Below, one piece after another: positions 13,102-26,270 of a stretch of DNA of 64,000 bases. Positions within the stretch are counted from its first letter, which is position 1. Every line of letters starts with the position of its first letter. A program made the position numbers and the translations under genes. The DNA lies in assembly GCA_951406725.2 (NCBI GenBank), contig OX597815.1, forward strand, positions 61,008,001 to 61,072,000, written 5' to 3'. The DNA comes from Octopus vulgaris. Taxonomy: Eukaryota. Under the pieces are notes generated by a model. That model did no database searches. It was given only the letters and a program-made list of their open reading frames with translations, and was not told where the DNA came from.

Positions 13102-13290
13102 AGTACAGGACACCACAAATAAACGTAGAACACAACGAGAAACGAAAACATAAAAACAAACAAGGAAACGGACTTTTTTAACAACGAAAAAACAGAGTAT
13201 AAGACAAACAATACAAGGAATATTCCCCTTCATCAGCTGCCCCTGGTTCGACTCAATGCGTGTTTCGAAGGTAAGGGCAGAACACGATGT
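13102..13290 (-). mobile_element. Short repeat between (TA)n runs, probably a Penelope-like terminal repeat; a related truncated copy lies at 63472-63640 (+)
   Basis: The reverse complement shares GAGTCGA..GGG.CA.CTGATGAAGGG.AAT and CTCTGTTTTTTCGTTGTT..TTTTCGTTTCTC with 63472-63605. Confidence 0.6.
13227..13286 (-). ncRNA. Candidate non-circularly permuted hammerhead ribozyme (copy B)
   Basis: Minus strand: CGTG-TT-CTGCCCTT a CCT tc GAAA CACG cattgagtcgaacc AGGGGCAG CTGATGA AGG. Stem III is 5 bp, stem I 8 bp and stem II 3 bp, with a GUU site. Confidence 0.55.
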
Positions 13291-14941
13291 ATGTATATAT
13301 ATATATATATATACATACATACCTATATACATATATATGCATTTATGAATACACACATACACATATAAATATATGTATATATATATATATGTAAACACAT
13401 GCACACACACACACATACACACTCTCTCTCTCTCTCTCTCTCTCGTACACACAACACATAGGTATAGACAAACATGTAAGCATAATCCTTATATTCAATA
13501 CTACATACACATACACATATATACACACATACTGTTACACTTGTATACTTTTATATAATATTCAATACTTCCGAAGAGAAATATATTGAGAGGAAAAACA
13601 AACACATACACAAACGGAAACACTCTCATTGAGATGCGCACGCACACACACAAATGCATATAGCTTTACATTAAGCAAGAACAGGAGCTTTTGTTCAAGA
13701 TTGTATGAGTATATACACCTACACGCACTCACACTCATATACAGGCAGATATACACATTAAAATGGCGTGCAAATTCACATACATCCAGTGCAAGAAAGA
13801 CACTCCACACTTAAACCGCACAGCAGCCACACAATACATAAACACACATATACCCCACCTACATACACACACACCCTTTTCCCTAAATCACATCAATTGC
13901 CAACCTTTTTATTCTTTCTTCTCTTACTCAAAATTTGCTTCTTTTACACTTACATTCTTTCTCATTTTTACTTCCATTATCTTAAGTTATAACTTTCTCT
14001 GTATGTGTATATATATGTGTGTGAGTATCTATATTTACAAACATATTCACACAGAGACATACATACACACATACACACACACATACACACACAAACACAT
14101 ATATATATGTGAAATTAAATAGATAACACAGAATCAGGAATAACTTAATGAACTTCATTGTCTTGCAGCTGTTTCTGCTATAAGATGCATTGCACTCACA
14201 ACTGAGTGCTTTTGCTCAGTTTATAGTCTCCTCTCTCTCACACACACCCCTATGTATTGCGTGTGCGTTCGTGCGTGTGTGTGTGTGAGGGTGGGGTGAA
14301 GTACCCTTGCCTTAATTTTCATCTCATGATTTACACTAAATTATTTGACAGCATCTGCCGGCATATCAACTTATTTTGTCAACGTTATTTTCGTCAATAG
14401 ATTGCTTGCGCATTAGACACATAACTTGTCTAATGATTGTTGCATCAGAGAAATATCTAGGACAAGAATATGGTTTCAGTCATCCTTCGCAGTGACTTCT
14501 TATAGCGATATCTTTTCCACATTTTCCATTCCAATTTCACTGAAACAATCCGAAATTCAAATTAAATCGGAAAAAAATTCCATTTGAAATTTTAAATTTC
14601 TACCACTCTCTCCACCACCACAATCATGCACACAAAAATTCGTATAGAAATGAAATACATTCACGCAAGTATATGTATGTATGTATGTTTGTATGTATGT
14701 ATGTATGTATGTATGTATGTATGTATTATATATATATTATAATATATATGTATACATTATATATATATATGCATACATTATATATATATATGCATTATAC
14801 ACATACACACGCACGCACACACGCACACACACACATGCACGCACGCACACACACACATACATACATACATACATACATACATACATACATACATACATAC
14901 ATACATACATACATACATACATACATACATACATACATACA

Positions 14942-14977
<36 letters not shown>

Positions 14978-14991
14978 TATATACATAAATA

Positions 14992-16157
14992 TATTGGGTT
15001 GGCAAGAAAGTAATATCGGTTTTTTAGTGTGAAAAAGAAGTCATTTTTTTTCATACAAAGAATGAACTTTAATCAATTATATATTATCCATTTTGTTCTA
15101 TGACCTTTTGCCATCTTCATGATTCCGTGCTCATAAAACTTCTGGTCCTTATCAGCCAAAAACTGAAGCAGGTGCGATTTCAGGTATTGAAAGTTTTACC
15201 ATTCAAAGAATATTGCAAATTTCGAAGTAAATAGTAATCTTATGGTGCAAGGTTAGGGTCATATAGTAAATGTGACATCACTTCCCAACCAAACTTCAAA
15301 ATAATTTTCACGAGTTAGCAAAGACGTGTGTGGTCTAGCGTTGTCATGGTGGAACACTATTCTGGCTGTTTTTCTTTGATTGCTTCCTCTGGCTTCATTA
15401 GTTGTTGACGGTAAAAATCTGAATTGATTGTTTGGTTCTTTGGAAGCAGCTCAAAATATACAACACCTTTGTAATCCCACCAAATTGACAGCATGACATT
15501 CTTTTGATGTAATTCAGCTTTCGGTGTGGTTCGTGCTGGTTCATTACGCTTGGACCATGATCATTTTCGATTGATATTATTGTAGACGATCCACTTTTTT
15601 TATCATCAGTGGTGATTCGTTTCAAAAAAAGGTAGATTTCATTGCGTTTGAGATGCATATCGCAAATACTGATTCCATGTGTTAAGTGAGTCTCTTTCAA
15701 TTTATGTGGAACCCAAATATCGAGCCTCAAGACATTTTAAGTGAGTTTCAGTTGTTGTGTGTGATACATTTAACCTCTCTGCGATCCCTCGAACAGTTAT
15801 ATGGACAACTAGTTCCAATTATAGCTTTGATTCGGTCACCAACTTCAGTAGGTCTACCAGAATGTTGGTCACCTTTGAGTGAAAAATCTCCAGGACGGAA
15901 CTTTTTAAGCCATTTCCACATATCTCTTTGTGAGCCTCAGTAGCCTTCTTGCCTTTACGGAAATAAAAAAGCAAAAAAATATGGCATAAACGTTCGTTTT
16001 TGCACTGCATATTAAAACAGGCACTGAACTAACAGCTGTAAACAAAATTACGCGCAATTTGCTTCTAAAGTAAGCTAAAAGTAACGGCTGTCAAGATGTC
16101 AAAAAAACCGTAACTCGATTTGCGAAAAACAAATTTACTTTTTGCCAATCAAACATA
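14992..16157 (-). mobile_element. Mariner DNA transposon (mellifera-like), near full length, decayed transposase
   Basis: Imperfect TIRs TATTGGGTTGGCAAGAAAGTAA / TTACTTTTTGCCAATCAAACATA. Minus-strand peptides: LFYFRKGKKATEA, DIWVPHKL, FLKRITTDD, VFHHDNARPHTS and a YSPDLAP-like YDPNLAP. Confidence 0.9.
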
Positions 16158-16535
16158 TATGTGTGTGTATGTGTGTGTGTGTGTGTGTATAATAGATAGA
16201 TATGTTTCTGTATTAGCCACAGAGAGCTGCACACAGACGGGACAGATTACTAAGTAGAGCTTTTCTTTTTGGGGGAGCGAAAAAAAAATAAAAAGGTGGG
16301 ATAGGTTTTCGATCAAAAGGGGAAGGAGGAAAAAAAAGTGGAAAAAAGGGAAAAAACGATCAATAGGGATCATGTATCACAGTGTCATGGTGTAAAGTGT
16401 AAAGGGAGAAGCAGATAAGGTCTATCCGTGGGAAGAAAAGCCTACGGAAAAGACCACGGTAACCTCGTTCGATGATGTTACATGTTACCACATTTGTTTG
16501 CAAGTAGGTAACCCTCTGTTTTAAATTTTTCGGGT

Positions 16536-19500
16536 TCATAAGATTATGCTCAAGGTGGCTTCGTCATTCATACGTGCCATCCATTTTTTGAAACATTCAC
16601 TAGACAAAACCTGCCTCTCTACTCTCACTTTTCTTTTCAAGTGATACTTGAAGAAGTTGATGAGAGATTGACCAGAGAGGAAAGTGTTTGTCTCCAATCC
16701 TTTCAGACGCGTCCACCAGATACATTCTTTCGTCATAGCCACAAGTATGAAGGAAGGAGTCGTGACAATATTGACGATAGACTCGGCTGATAAACCGACT
16801 CGTCGCACACGTGACAGCAGTCGTTCGACTTAAGCTCACAGGTCGGAAATTGTTGGACACTGCACGAGTGCGTGCAGAACGGTTTCATCGCTCTGACCAC
16901 ATCTCGGGCAGGTCGGCCCCGTGCTTCTCGAGCTGTGTCTGTAGAGCTTATCCCGAACGGGTAGCGCTTCTCGGTAGCACTGCCAGGCCAGGGATCTCTG
17001 GAAGTTGTCCATAGGTACCGGCCCGAAAGTCGTCCAAAACAGGCGGGTCAGGTATTCCTCGTCGACGTCCAGGTTCGCCCCGAGCTCGTTGTCGTGTCTC
17101 CCCTCCACTAATCTCCTATAGAACGCTTTGATTGTGTTGAAGTCACTCAAGGTCGACCTGGGACGGCATAGTTGCTTGAGAGCAACGCGACACTCGCGGT
17201 GCCATTCGCCCTTCCTCGGCCTCTTTTTGATCCACGACTGTAGATTGGTCATGAAGACGAGTTGCGGGAAAGCGTGTCTCACAAACGGCGATCACACCTG
17301 TTCACCGTCGTCTATGTAGAGCCTGAGATGTCGCAGTCTCAGCGCATCATCAACTACAGCATGCCCAGTCCTCCTTTTAACGGGTGTTGACAGCAAATGG
17401 ATCGCCTGACCATCGGGACGCATCCTTTCCATAAGAAGCGAAAGAGAATGCGTTCTAGTTTGATGATGGTACAGTCGGGACAAGGCACGACGGTCAGGCG
17501 GTGGTAGATGACGACGCGATGTACGAGTTCGCCACCTCCGCCCGACCTTTTAGGGACAGTTTCCTATCGGCCCATTGCCGGGCGTGAGTGACAACCCTAC
17601 ACGTTATCTCGTTCCAGTTTTTCTCCATTTGAAGGTCCGGACCAAACCAGACCCCGAGCAACTCGACCGGACCGTCGGTCCTGCGTCCCACGACGGAGGC
17701 GCTGGTGGACGGCATGGGCTTGCTTCTCCAGGTGCCGAGCCGCAAGCCCACTGATTTTTCCCGGTTGATTTTTCGCTCCTGTCACTGCTTTGTAGTCTTT
17801 CAGTGTCCCGCCGACGGTGACGTCGTCCGCGTATGCAGATACGCTCGTCCTGCATCCCAATTCTCGCGAGATGCCTCTCAGAGTTGCCAGCTTCCGCAAT
17901 AATGGCTCGGGAGTCAATACGTATAGAAGCGACGAGAGGGGGCATCCCTGACGTGCAATGTCGAAAGGTCTCGATAGATGTCCATTTACGCGAATTACCG
18001 AGCGGATACCTCTGTACAAAGCAGCTATCCAGCCGCGGAAGACGGGACCGAAACCAGCCGCTCTGAGGACAGCCTGCAAGTATCGATGGTCTACCCTATC
18101 GAAAGCTTTCGATTGATCCAAATTGATCAGCGCCCCACCCATGCCAGGTTCCATGTAGCGCATCAGGTGGAGGTTGTCATGGATGCTCCGGCCCGGCACG
18201 GCGCACTTTTGCGCCTTGTCGACCAGCTTCTCGATGACAAGCGCCAACCTCTTGGCTAACATCTTGGCCAAAATTTTCAAGTCTGCATTAAGCAGAGTGA
18301 TGGGCCTAAAGTTATCTATTACGCCCCCCTTGTTTAGATCTTCCTTCAGCAGTGTTACGGCTCCTCGGCTCACAAAACCAGGAATGCTCCCGTTTTGCTG
18401 CCAGTTGCAGTACACCGCTGCCAAGACGTCTGCAAACAAGTCTGGCATGCAACTGTAAGCTCGTAGGGTAGACCATCCAAACCTGGCGATTTGTCTCTCG
18501 AGTATTCCGCCGCCGTGATGACACCTTCGCAGCGCCCTGCCTCTCTTGTCGAGAGTCGTGGTAGGCTGTATAGGTAGGCACTGAAGTCCACCCTACGTTC
18601 TTGCCCGCCACTCGTCCCGAACAGCCGGGCAAAATGCTGTTGAAAGGCCTCACACATTTTACTTGGCTCGAGCAATTCGCGCCCCTGTTCATCTACCAGA
18701 GACCGAATGGTGGCTTTGTTGCCCTGTTGCGCCTCTGCCACCCGGGTCTCTCACGCGGCTCCAACACCTTCGTTTATTACAGCACGCATCCTAGCTATGA
18801 CAACACATCCTTCGTGTTTGGCGTTGAAGTGTTGGTCGAGGGCCAGCCTCGCCGCCAAAACGTCGGATGCGATGCCGCTTCTAATTGCCTCTTCTAGCTT
18901 CTTAACTAGCTCACCCTCTACTCTGTTTCTATCTATGGCTAGTGCTTTGCTGTACCTAATCGCTTCTGCTTTTACTGCTCTCTTGAGGGCAAACCACCAT
19001 TTGTTGTTGATGATAGCTCTCTTCAAAGCCCTCTTTACTAGTGTGCTAATCCGGTCTCTGAAAACCTGTCTCGATGGGAAAGACGCGTTTAGTTTCCAGT
19101 ATCCGGGACCCTGTCTATGTGTCTTACCTAAGTCTAGCGTACATGTCACAAGTTTGTGAACCGTGTAGCTGACCATATGGAATTGTGGATATCCTACGCT
19201 ATCTCTATCTACTGTCCTACACAGTATCCTATCTAGATACGATCACGACGACCCGATGCGGTTGTTCCATGTCCACGTTGGCGCATTCGGGTGCTCTAGT
19301 CGGTACATGTCAGACAGTTGAAAGCGTCTGAGCAGATCTCTGAGGAATTTGCATCCCCGTCTTTTCCTATCTCTGCCCACGTAGTTTACATGCGTGTCCA
19401 AGGTAGCATTCCAATCCCCCACATGAAAGTAAAGGACGAGACGTTCCCAAGAATACTTCTAGACGCTGAAAGAAATCCGCCCGACCTGTTAAAGGCGGTG

Positions 19501-19836
19501 CGTAGACTGATACGAGTCGAAAAGCGCACCCATTGCTGCCATCGACATCCAGAACGACCAGTCTACCCTCCGGGTCTACGAATATTGTCTTTACTTTGAG
19601 ATCCAGACTCTTGCGAAAAAGTACCGCGGTGGCACTACCGCCCATTCTTGGCAGATAGGGGGAAAATAAATGTTGAACTGTCCGCCAAACATGGTCTTTA
19701 GGGCCCGCGGATTGTGAAGTCTGATCTCACTTATGGCTATGATTTCTAACTTGTGTGACTTTATGTCATTTAAGAGGTACCCTTGTTTCCAAGGGGACCC
19801 CAATCCACGCGCATTTACACAACCAATCTTGATCAT
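16536..19836 (-). pseudogene. Tx1/L1-type ORF2 (AP endonuclease, reverse transcriptase, zf-RVT), disrupted
   Basis: MIKIGCVNARGL, LVSVYAP, GPGYWKLN, KSPGLDGLPYE, NFRPITLLNADLKILAK, DQSKAFDRVDH, RQGCPLS, AYADDV, CPRCGQSDETVLHALVQCP. Confidence 0.93.
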
Positions 19837-19968
19837 AATCCCAGTGAATTAAAATACAAGCGAAAGGAACAGGGGGTTACTTACTGCTCGAAAGTTTTTG
19901 CTTTCTCCTCCTTTGGTTTGTCCTCGAGGAGATCCCAGTAAAGTTTCTTCGTGAGGTATGTTTGGCAT

Positions 19969-20935
19969 TTACCAACCGCACGGGGGGCGGGGAATGCGTT
20001 TTAGTGTGTGGTGCAGACTTCCGGAGATATGTAGTATTTTGATGTGATCCGGTGGTGTTGTGTATGGGTGATTGTTTGTTTTTATGTCATCATCTGTTAT
20101 GTTTGTTTTTGATTTGATGTATTCCATCAAATTTGTGTTTTTGGTGTCTATAGCTGTGAGCATGTTTGCTCTATATATTTTTGTGGTGTTGGTGTGGCTG
20201 TTGTTTGTGGTGGGTTTCGAAATGTTTTCGGGAGATGTATTTCCCCCTGCTTTGTTTGTGTTTACATTTGGTTTGGTTGTGTTTCTGCTCTTTTTTCCTT
20301 CCTTTTCTAGCTATTTGCCGTTCCTCGTTGGTTTCGTCTTCCGACGAATTTTCTGAGGAATCAGAAGGGGGTAGGAGTATGTTGTAGGCTTCTATGTATG
20401 TCTGTGTAAGTGGTTGCGTTGTTGTTTTCGTTGCTGTTGGTTGTTGAGTGTTTGTGTATGGTGAGTGCGGTATAGGGGATGGGGAATCAGTTTTTGCATA
20501 TTTGTTTGTTTTTCTGCTCCTTTAGTTCTTGCTGTTGTTGGTATTTTCTCAGGTGTTGTATTATTTTTGATTGTTGATGGATTAGCTTGGTGTGCCTCTC
20601 TTGTCGTCTTCTGTGTTGATGGTGATGTGGGTTTTGGTGCTTTTTTCTCGGAGTGTTTCGGTTGTGGTAGTGGTTGTTGTTGTTGCTCTTGTTGTGCAGT
20701 GGTTGGACACTTCTTTTTCAAATGCGTTTCGCTTCCGCACAAATAGCAACGTGGTCGCCTGCCCTCTACCACTACATAGAGTTTTTAGCCATCTGACAGT
20801 TCTATAGTGGTGGGTGTCTTTTCTCTTGTTGTTTCATCCAATTGAAGGAGGAATTGGATTGATTTTCCCACCCAGTTTTTCTGTTCTAGAATAGCGATTT
20901 CAAGAATGGGATCTTTTCTTTTTGATGGACGGAAT
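19969..20935 (-). pseudogene. Tx1/L1-type ORF1 C-terminal part (zinc knuckle plus low-complexity tail)
   Basis: LYVVVEGRRPRCYLCGSETHLKKKCP followed by Q/P/T/K-rich sequence, directly upstream of ORF2. Confidence 0.8.
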
Positions 20936-21700
20936 TTTCTAGTTAACTAAACAATTTGAAACTTCGTATACTGGTAGAATGTGTCAAAAGAAAACGTTAT
21001 TGTAAACAAAATTGAAAACAAAATTGTAATTCGTAAGTTTAATGTAGTTTAATTCTTCGAATTGTAACCAATGAAATGCCAGCATTTGAGTTGAAATCAT
21101 TTGCTGCGTCTAAAGACTCACACACACACACACGTCTTATTCATCCTTCTCTCTTCTGTCTTCTGTCTTCTGCATGTGCTAGAAATAACAGCTATATCTC
21201 TAAAATCGATGAATTTAGTCGCCCAATAAAAATATTAACGATATTTTTTTTTTCTTTATTTTCTTTAAAATTTTCCTGTTACTGCAACAAGCCATAAATG
21301 TCGATATAGTATCGGTTTCTTCTTCAGCATTTCTTGATTCTGAAGACATTCTAAGTCTACAGAGGACATATTAGTCGAATGGAAGATATCTGCATTCCGT
21401 AAGAGTCGCTATATTGAGAACTAGCAGAGAAAGACTGGCCAATAGAAAGACAGCAGCTATAGTTTAGCGGCTCCCAGAAGCCTGATATTATATGTCCTAC
21501 AATATAATCGATATGAAGGAAACTGGTAAATGGTTGTGTTAGAAAGAATTATCATAAAATTAAGGCAAAAGTCAAGGCCTTATTGTTTCATGGACTATCA
21601 TTTTAGGAAAGTGAAATACTTTCTCTTCCTTTTTCTCTCTAATCTCATTTTCCACACACACACTCTCTCTCTCACACATTCTCTGTCTTCATATATATAT

Positions 21701-22877
21701 TGTTACGGATGCAGGAAAATGTAAACGAGCAAAAAAACATTATGCCCCTTGTTCCATTAGTTGGAATCGAACCGGCGCTCCAGTTGTTCAGGACAGTGGT
21801 ACTTCCTTTGTCCTGTCAAGGAGCATGGTTATTAATGACCGTAGGTACATGATCTCTGGACCATACGGTCACAGAAAGTTTAAAGAAGACAAGGGAAATA
21901 CACACTGTTGTCGTAGGTTACGTCTCTCTCTCTAGCGGACGACGTTATATATACGGATGGGCTGAACTGCTGGGACGTTCAATTAGAGATGATGACGGTG
22001 AGAGACAGACGGGCGTAGTTGGAGATGAGTCAGTCAGCGGATGACCGGACAAGAGGTCAGTGAGAGAGAGACAGGTGGTCAGTGTGAGCGGAGACCGGTC
22101 AAGGGCGGACGTGATCTGAGAGAGACAGACAGTCAGTTAGAGAGATGACAGGACGAGAGGTAGTCAGGAAGATGACATTCACAGACTGACAGGGGCAGAT
22201 AGAGATACATGAAGAAGCTGGGCAACTGTAGTGGGAGACATGGAATTAGGGGAATGTTGCAGATGCGGAACGTGCCGGTAATGATTTTATTTGTGTTTTG
22301 AATTCTGATGTTTAAATGTAAAAAAAAAAGAGAAACATTGCGTTGTTTAAATGAAAAAGAAAAGACTCTGTGACGTAAACTGTTGTAAAGAAAAGGAAGC
22401 AAAAAGAACTTGTAAATGTTTAAAAAAACCAGAAAGACTGTTGAAAAGAAAAGAAAAGGGATCTTTGAGAACGAACTCTCTGCGTTAGAAGAAGAGAGAG
22501 AAAAGAAAAGAAAGAAGAGAAAAGTGGAACTTTAAGAGACTGTTAATTGTGTTAAAAGAAGAAAAAAAAGCGAACTCTGTAATGTTTCAATGTAAATGAT
22601 TTGTTTTGAAAAATCGAACTCTGTATTGTGTCAAATGTTACATGATTTGTTAATCTTTGTTGTGGAATGCTTTTGTTAAAAAAAATTGTTTGAATTACGC
22701 AATTCCGCTCTGTCTTTTTCTTTTGTTGTTGTTGGTTCCTGGCCGCGTTCGTTGCCTTCCCCCCTTCCTGTAGTGGATTTTCCGGTTTACTGAGTGCCGT
22801 CGCCGACGCAAGCGGGCTGTTCCCGTGGAGTGAGGGCCTGTGGTGGCATCTGAAGGCCATGGGTTTGTGCGCGGCGA

Positions 22878-22881
<4 letters not shown>
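21701..22881. mobile_element. Solo-LTR-like element inserted in (TA)n
   Basis: Begins TGTTACG and ends CGAAACA (TG..CA with an imperfect 7-bp inverted end). It has ATATAT on both flanks and is 1.18 kb with no coding homology I recognise. Confidence 0.6.
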
Positions 22882-22955
<74 letters not shown>

Positions 22956-23085
22956 AATATATATGTATATGTGTGTATGTGTGTAAGCATGTATATACTT
23001 ATGCATATATGGGTATGTATATTATGTACATCTAGCTATCTTCCCTTCTTTCTTTCTTTCTCCCACCTTCTCTCTCTTTATAACT

Positions 23086-23664
<579 letters not shown>

Positions 23665-24120
23665 TTATATATATATTTATTTATTTATATATATATACAT
23701 ACTGCGTTCACACACAATTTCACGCCTGACTTCCACGGCAATGTGGTGAATGTGGTGAATGGTCCAATTCTGTTCTTAATCAGGGTTACTTCCCTTCCAC
23801 TTGATAGGACCAAGAAACAAGTTTTGCCCATACTTCTAATGTTGCACTGGTCCCTATAGTTGAATGCCCTTCCTAACGTCAACCACTTTAGAAAGTCTAT
23901 TATATGTATATATCTACGTCTATGTGTCTGTGTGTATATATGTGAATGTGTAGAAACACATAAACACACACGCGCAAGACTGCGAATAGTTTTCAGAAGG
24001 TCTTACAGCTGTTTCCGGGATATTTTATATAGTCATGAACACGTGTAGTCTATTTACCAATTATATACTATTTATTTATTATTTAGTAATTTATTTAGTT
24101 TTAGGTAAATGTTTTATCAT

Positions 24121-24542
24121 AGGCGCAGGAATGGCTGTGTGGTAAGTAGCTTGCTAACCAACCACATGGTTCCGGGTTCAGTCCCACTGCGTGGCATTTT
24201 GGGCAAGTGTCTTCTGCTATAGCCCCGGGCTGACCAATGCCTTGTGAGTGGATTTGGTAGACGGAAACTGAAAGAAGCCTGTCGTATATATGTATATATA
24301 TATATATATATATAAGTGTGTGTGTATGTGTTTGTGTGTCTGTGTTTGTCCCCCTAGCATTGCTTGACAACCGATGCTGGTGTGTTTACGTCCCCGTCAC
24401 TTAGCGGTTCGGCAAAAGAGACCGATAGAATAAGTACTGGGCTTACAAAGAATAAGTCCCAGGGTCGATTTGCTCGACTAAAAGGCGGTGCTCCGGCATG
24501 GCCGCAGTCAAATGACTGAAACAAGTAAAAGAGTAAAAGAGT
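24121..24542 (+). mobile_element. SINE family A, full length
   Basis: AGGCGCAGGAATGGCTGTGTGGTAAG...GGGTTCAGTCCCACTGCGTGGCATTTTGGGCAAGTG...(TA)n(GT)n...GACTGAAACAAGTAAAAGAG. Multiple copies occur in this window. Confidence 0.93.
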
Positions 24543-24727
24543 ATATCTTTAATTTTTTTCTATTTGGTATGATTTGAGTATATTGTTGAATTGCTTCATG
24601 GGGGTTCTTCTCTAATTTATATACATGTATTATATATTGTGAAATTTGATTTCGTATTACAAAATTGAATTTTTCCCTGAAGCTTGGAATCATATTCCCT
24701 AATATCATATATATATAAAATATATAA

Positions 24728-25296
24728 TTATAATTAACGGCTCTGGAATGCCAGCGCCTATACGCTAAAATAGATGTCAAATACCTACAATCCACTCTAA
24801 ATTAGTTCTCTATTTATAACCCTAGGTCGGAAGCGAGGTAATGGATAAGAAGTTTTACAAAATTTCGGATAATCCTATATCCTAAGATTTCATGCTCTGC
24901 AATAGAAATTGCTTTGCAATCCTCAGTAGAAATACAGAGATAAAATTATAAACAAAAATACATATACATACCGGTAAATCTATTCGTAGATACCAATATA
25001 TACATGCATTTCCCGCGTATGTATTCTATCTACTAGCCCATCTCGACCATGTGGTTAATGTCAGAAATCATACGGGGTAAATACAGTCCCGCAGTATAAT
25101 GTAATGACTAAAGAACTAAAAAATTATTTATACTTATGAACTGAGTATACAATCATTAAAATGGTCATATCAATGGCTAGCATATAAAAAGTGACCGTAT
25201 TGGTAACATTAATTTTTACGTGTATAATCATAAAATATAGTTATAATTAAGGGGTCTGGAATGCCAGCGCCAATACATTAAAAGTAGATGTCTAAA
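24728..25296. repeat. Dispersed direct repeat pair (~55 bp) at 24728-24782 and 25241-25296
   Basis: TTATAATTAA.GG.TCTGGAATGCCAGCGCC.ATAC..TAAAA.TAGATGTC occurs twice. Confidence 0.8.
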
Positions 25297-26064
25297 TTAG
25301 TTACTGTGAGTGGGTGGTGTTTGTGTGTATAAATTTGCTTTTGTGCGGATCTTTTCTTTTATAAAAAAAATATTCTTTTGCTATTTCTTTTGAGGAAGAG
25401 TGTATGTTTCTAACACAAATTCTATTACTGGACATTATATGACAACATTAAAAGCGTTCTATGCTGCATTTTCGAAACATTTTGCATGCTTTGACAATTA
25501 CTCTTCCAGATTAAAGTTAGACGATTTCTGTCTTTGTATGAAAACCCCAGAGTTTCGAGACTAATATACACCAAGTAACCTAGTTATGTTACTAGGAGGA
25601 AATTAGTATAAATATTAGATACAATCAGGCTGTTGGGAGGCTTAAAGTATTTCTCTGTAAATGATTTTCCATTGATTTTAAATGAAATATTCACATTTAC
25701 TGATCACTTCACCTCAACAGGCCATAATTTCTATTTTATGACACTTTTGCCGTCATTTAGTGGTAGACTTGATGGAAATATTCCACCAATATTTCTTATG
25801 TTGGAACGTATGAATGTATTTAACAAGTGAACCTTTTGGCACAAATATTAAAGAGAAATATATTTTGCATTTGTGCTTGGTCAGTCGTTCTTTCAGATCT
25901 CATTTTAACAGTAACAGCGTCACCCCATATTAGAACTTAATTATTTTGGTAAGATTTTGAGGGAAGCTACTTCTTACATCTATTAAATCTTCCCCAGATG
26001 TGTAACTGAATTAATATTATACAGCATAACCTGTATGCTGCAACATATCTATATTAAGCAAACC

Positions 26065-26270
26065 TATGTTACACACTCTATTCTTGTTACATAATTGGTG
26101 TGTGTTACATAGTCAATATTATGTTACATTAACGGTGTTATGTTACATAATCGATATAATATTGCATAAAGTATGTTAAGGTACGCAGTCGATGTTGTGT
26201 TACATAATTGCTATTGGGGTGCACACTCGATATTATGTTGCATAGTCGTATTGTTACATAACCAATATTA
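26065..26270. repeat. Degenerate ~18-19 bp minisatellite built on TGTTACATAA
   Basis: About ten TGTTACAT/TGTTGCAT cores at roughly regular spacing. Confidence 0.7.

Larger units (their letters stand above)
10803..14990. repeat. Microsatellite-rich region: (GT)n, (GAT)n, (GA)n, (TA)n, (TACA)n
   Basis: Visible arrays at ~10803-10905, 12430-12470, 12703-12740, 12975-13100 and 14856-14970. Confidence 0.85.
16203..20935 (-). mobile_element. Tx1/L1-type LINE, 5'-truncated in ORF1, frameshifted
   Basis: ORF1 has the CCHC knuckle RCYLCGSETHLKKKCP. ORF2 has EN, RT and a C-terminal zinc finger. The 3' UTR runs to ~16203. Confidence 0.92.

Noticed and set aside
21328-21398. Plus-strand exon-like segment (ttcttcag..gtaaga)
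   Set aside because: It has stop codons in all three frames, and there is no other support.
26065-26270. CRISPR-like repeat-spacer pattern
   Set aside because: The units are too short and degenerate, the context is eukaryotic, and there are no cas genes.
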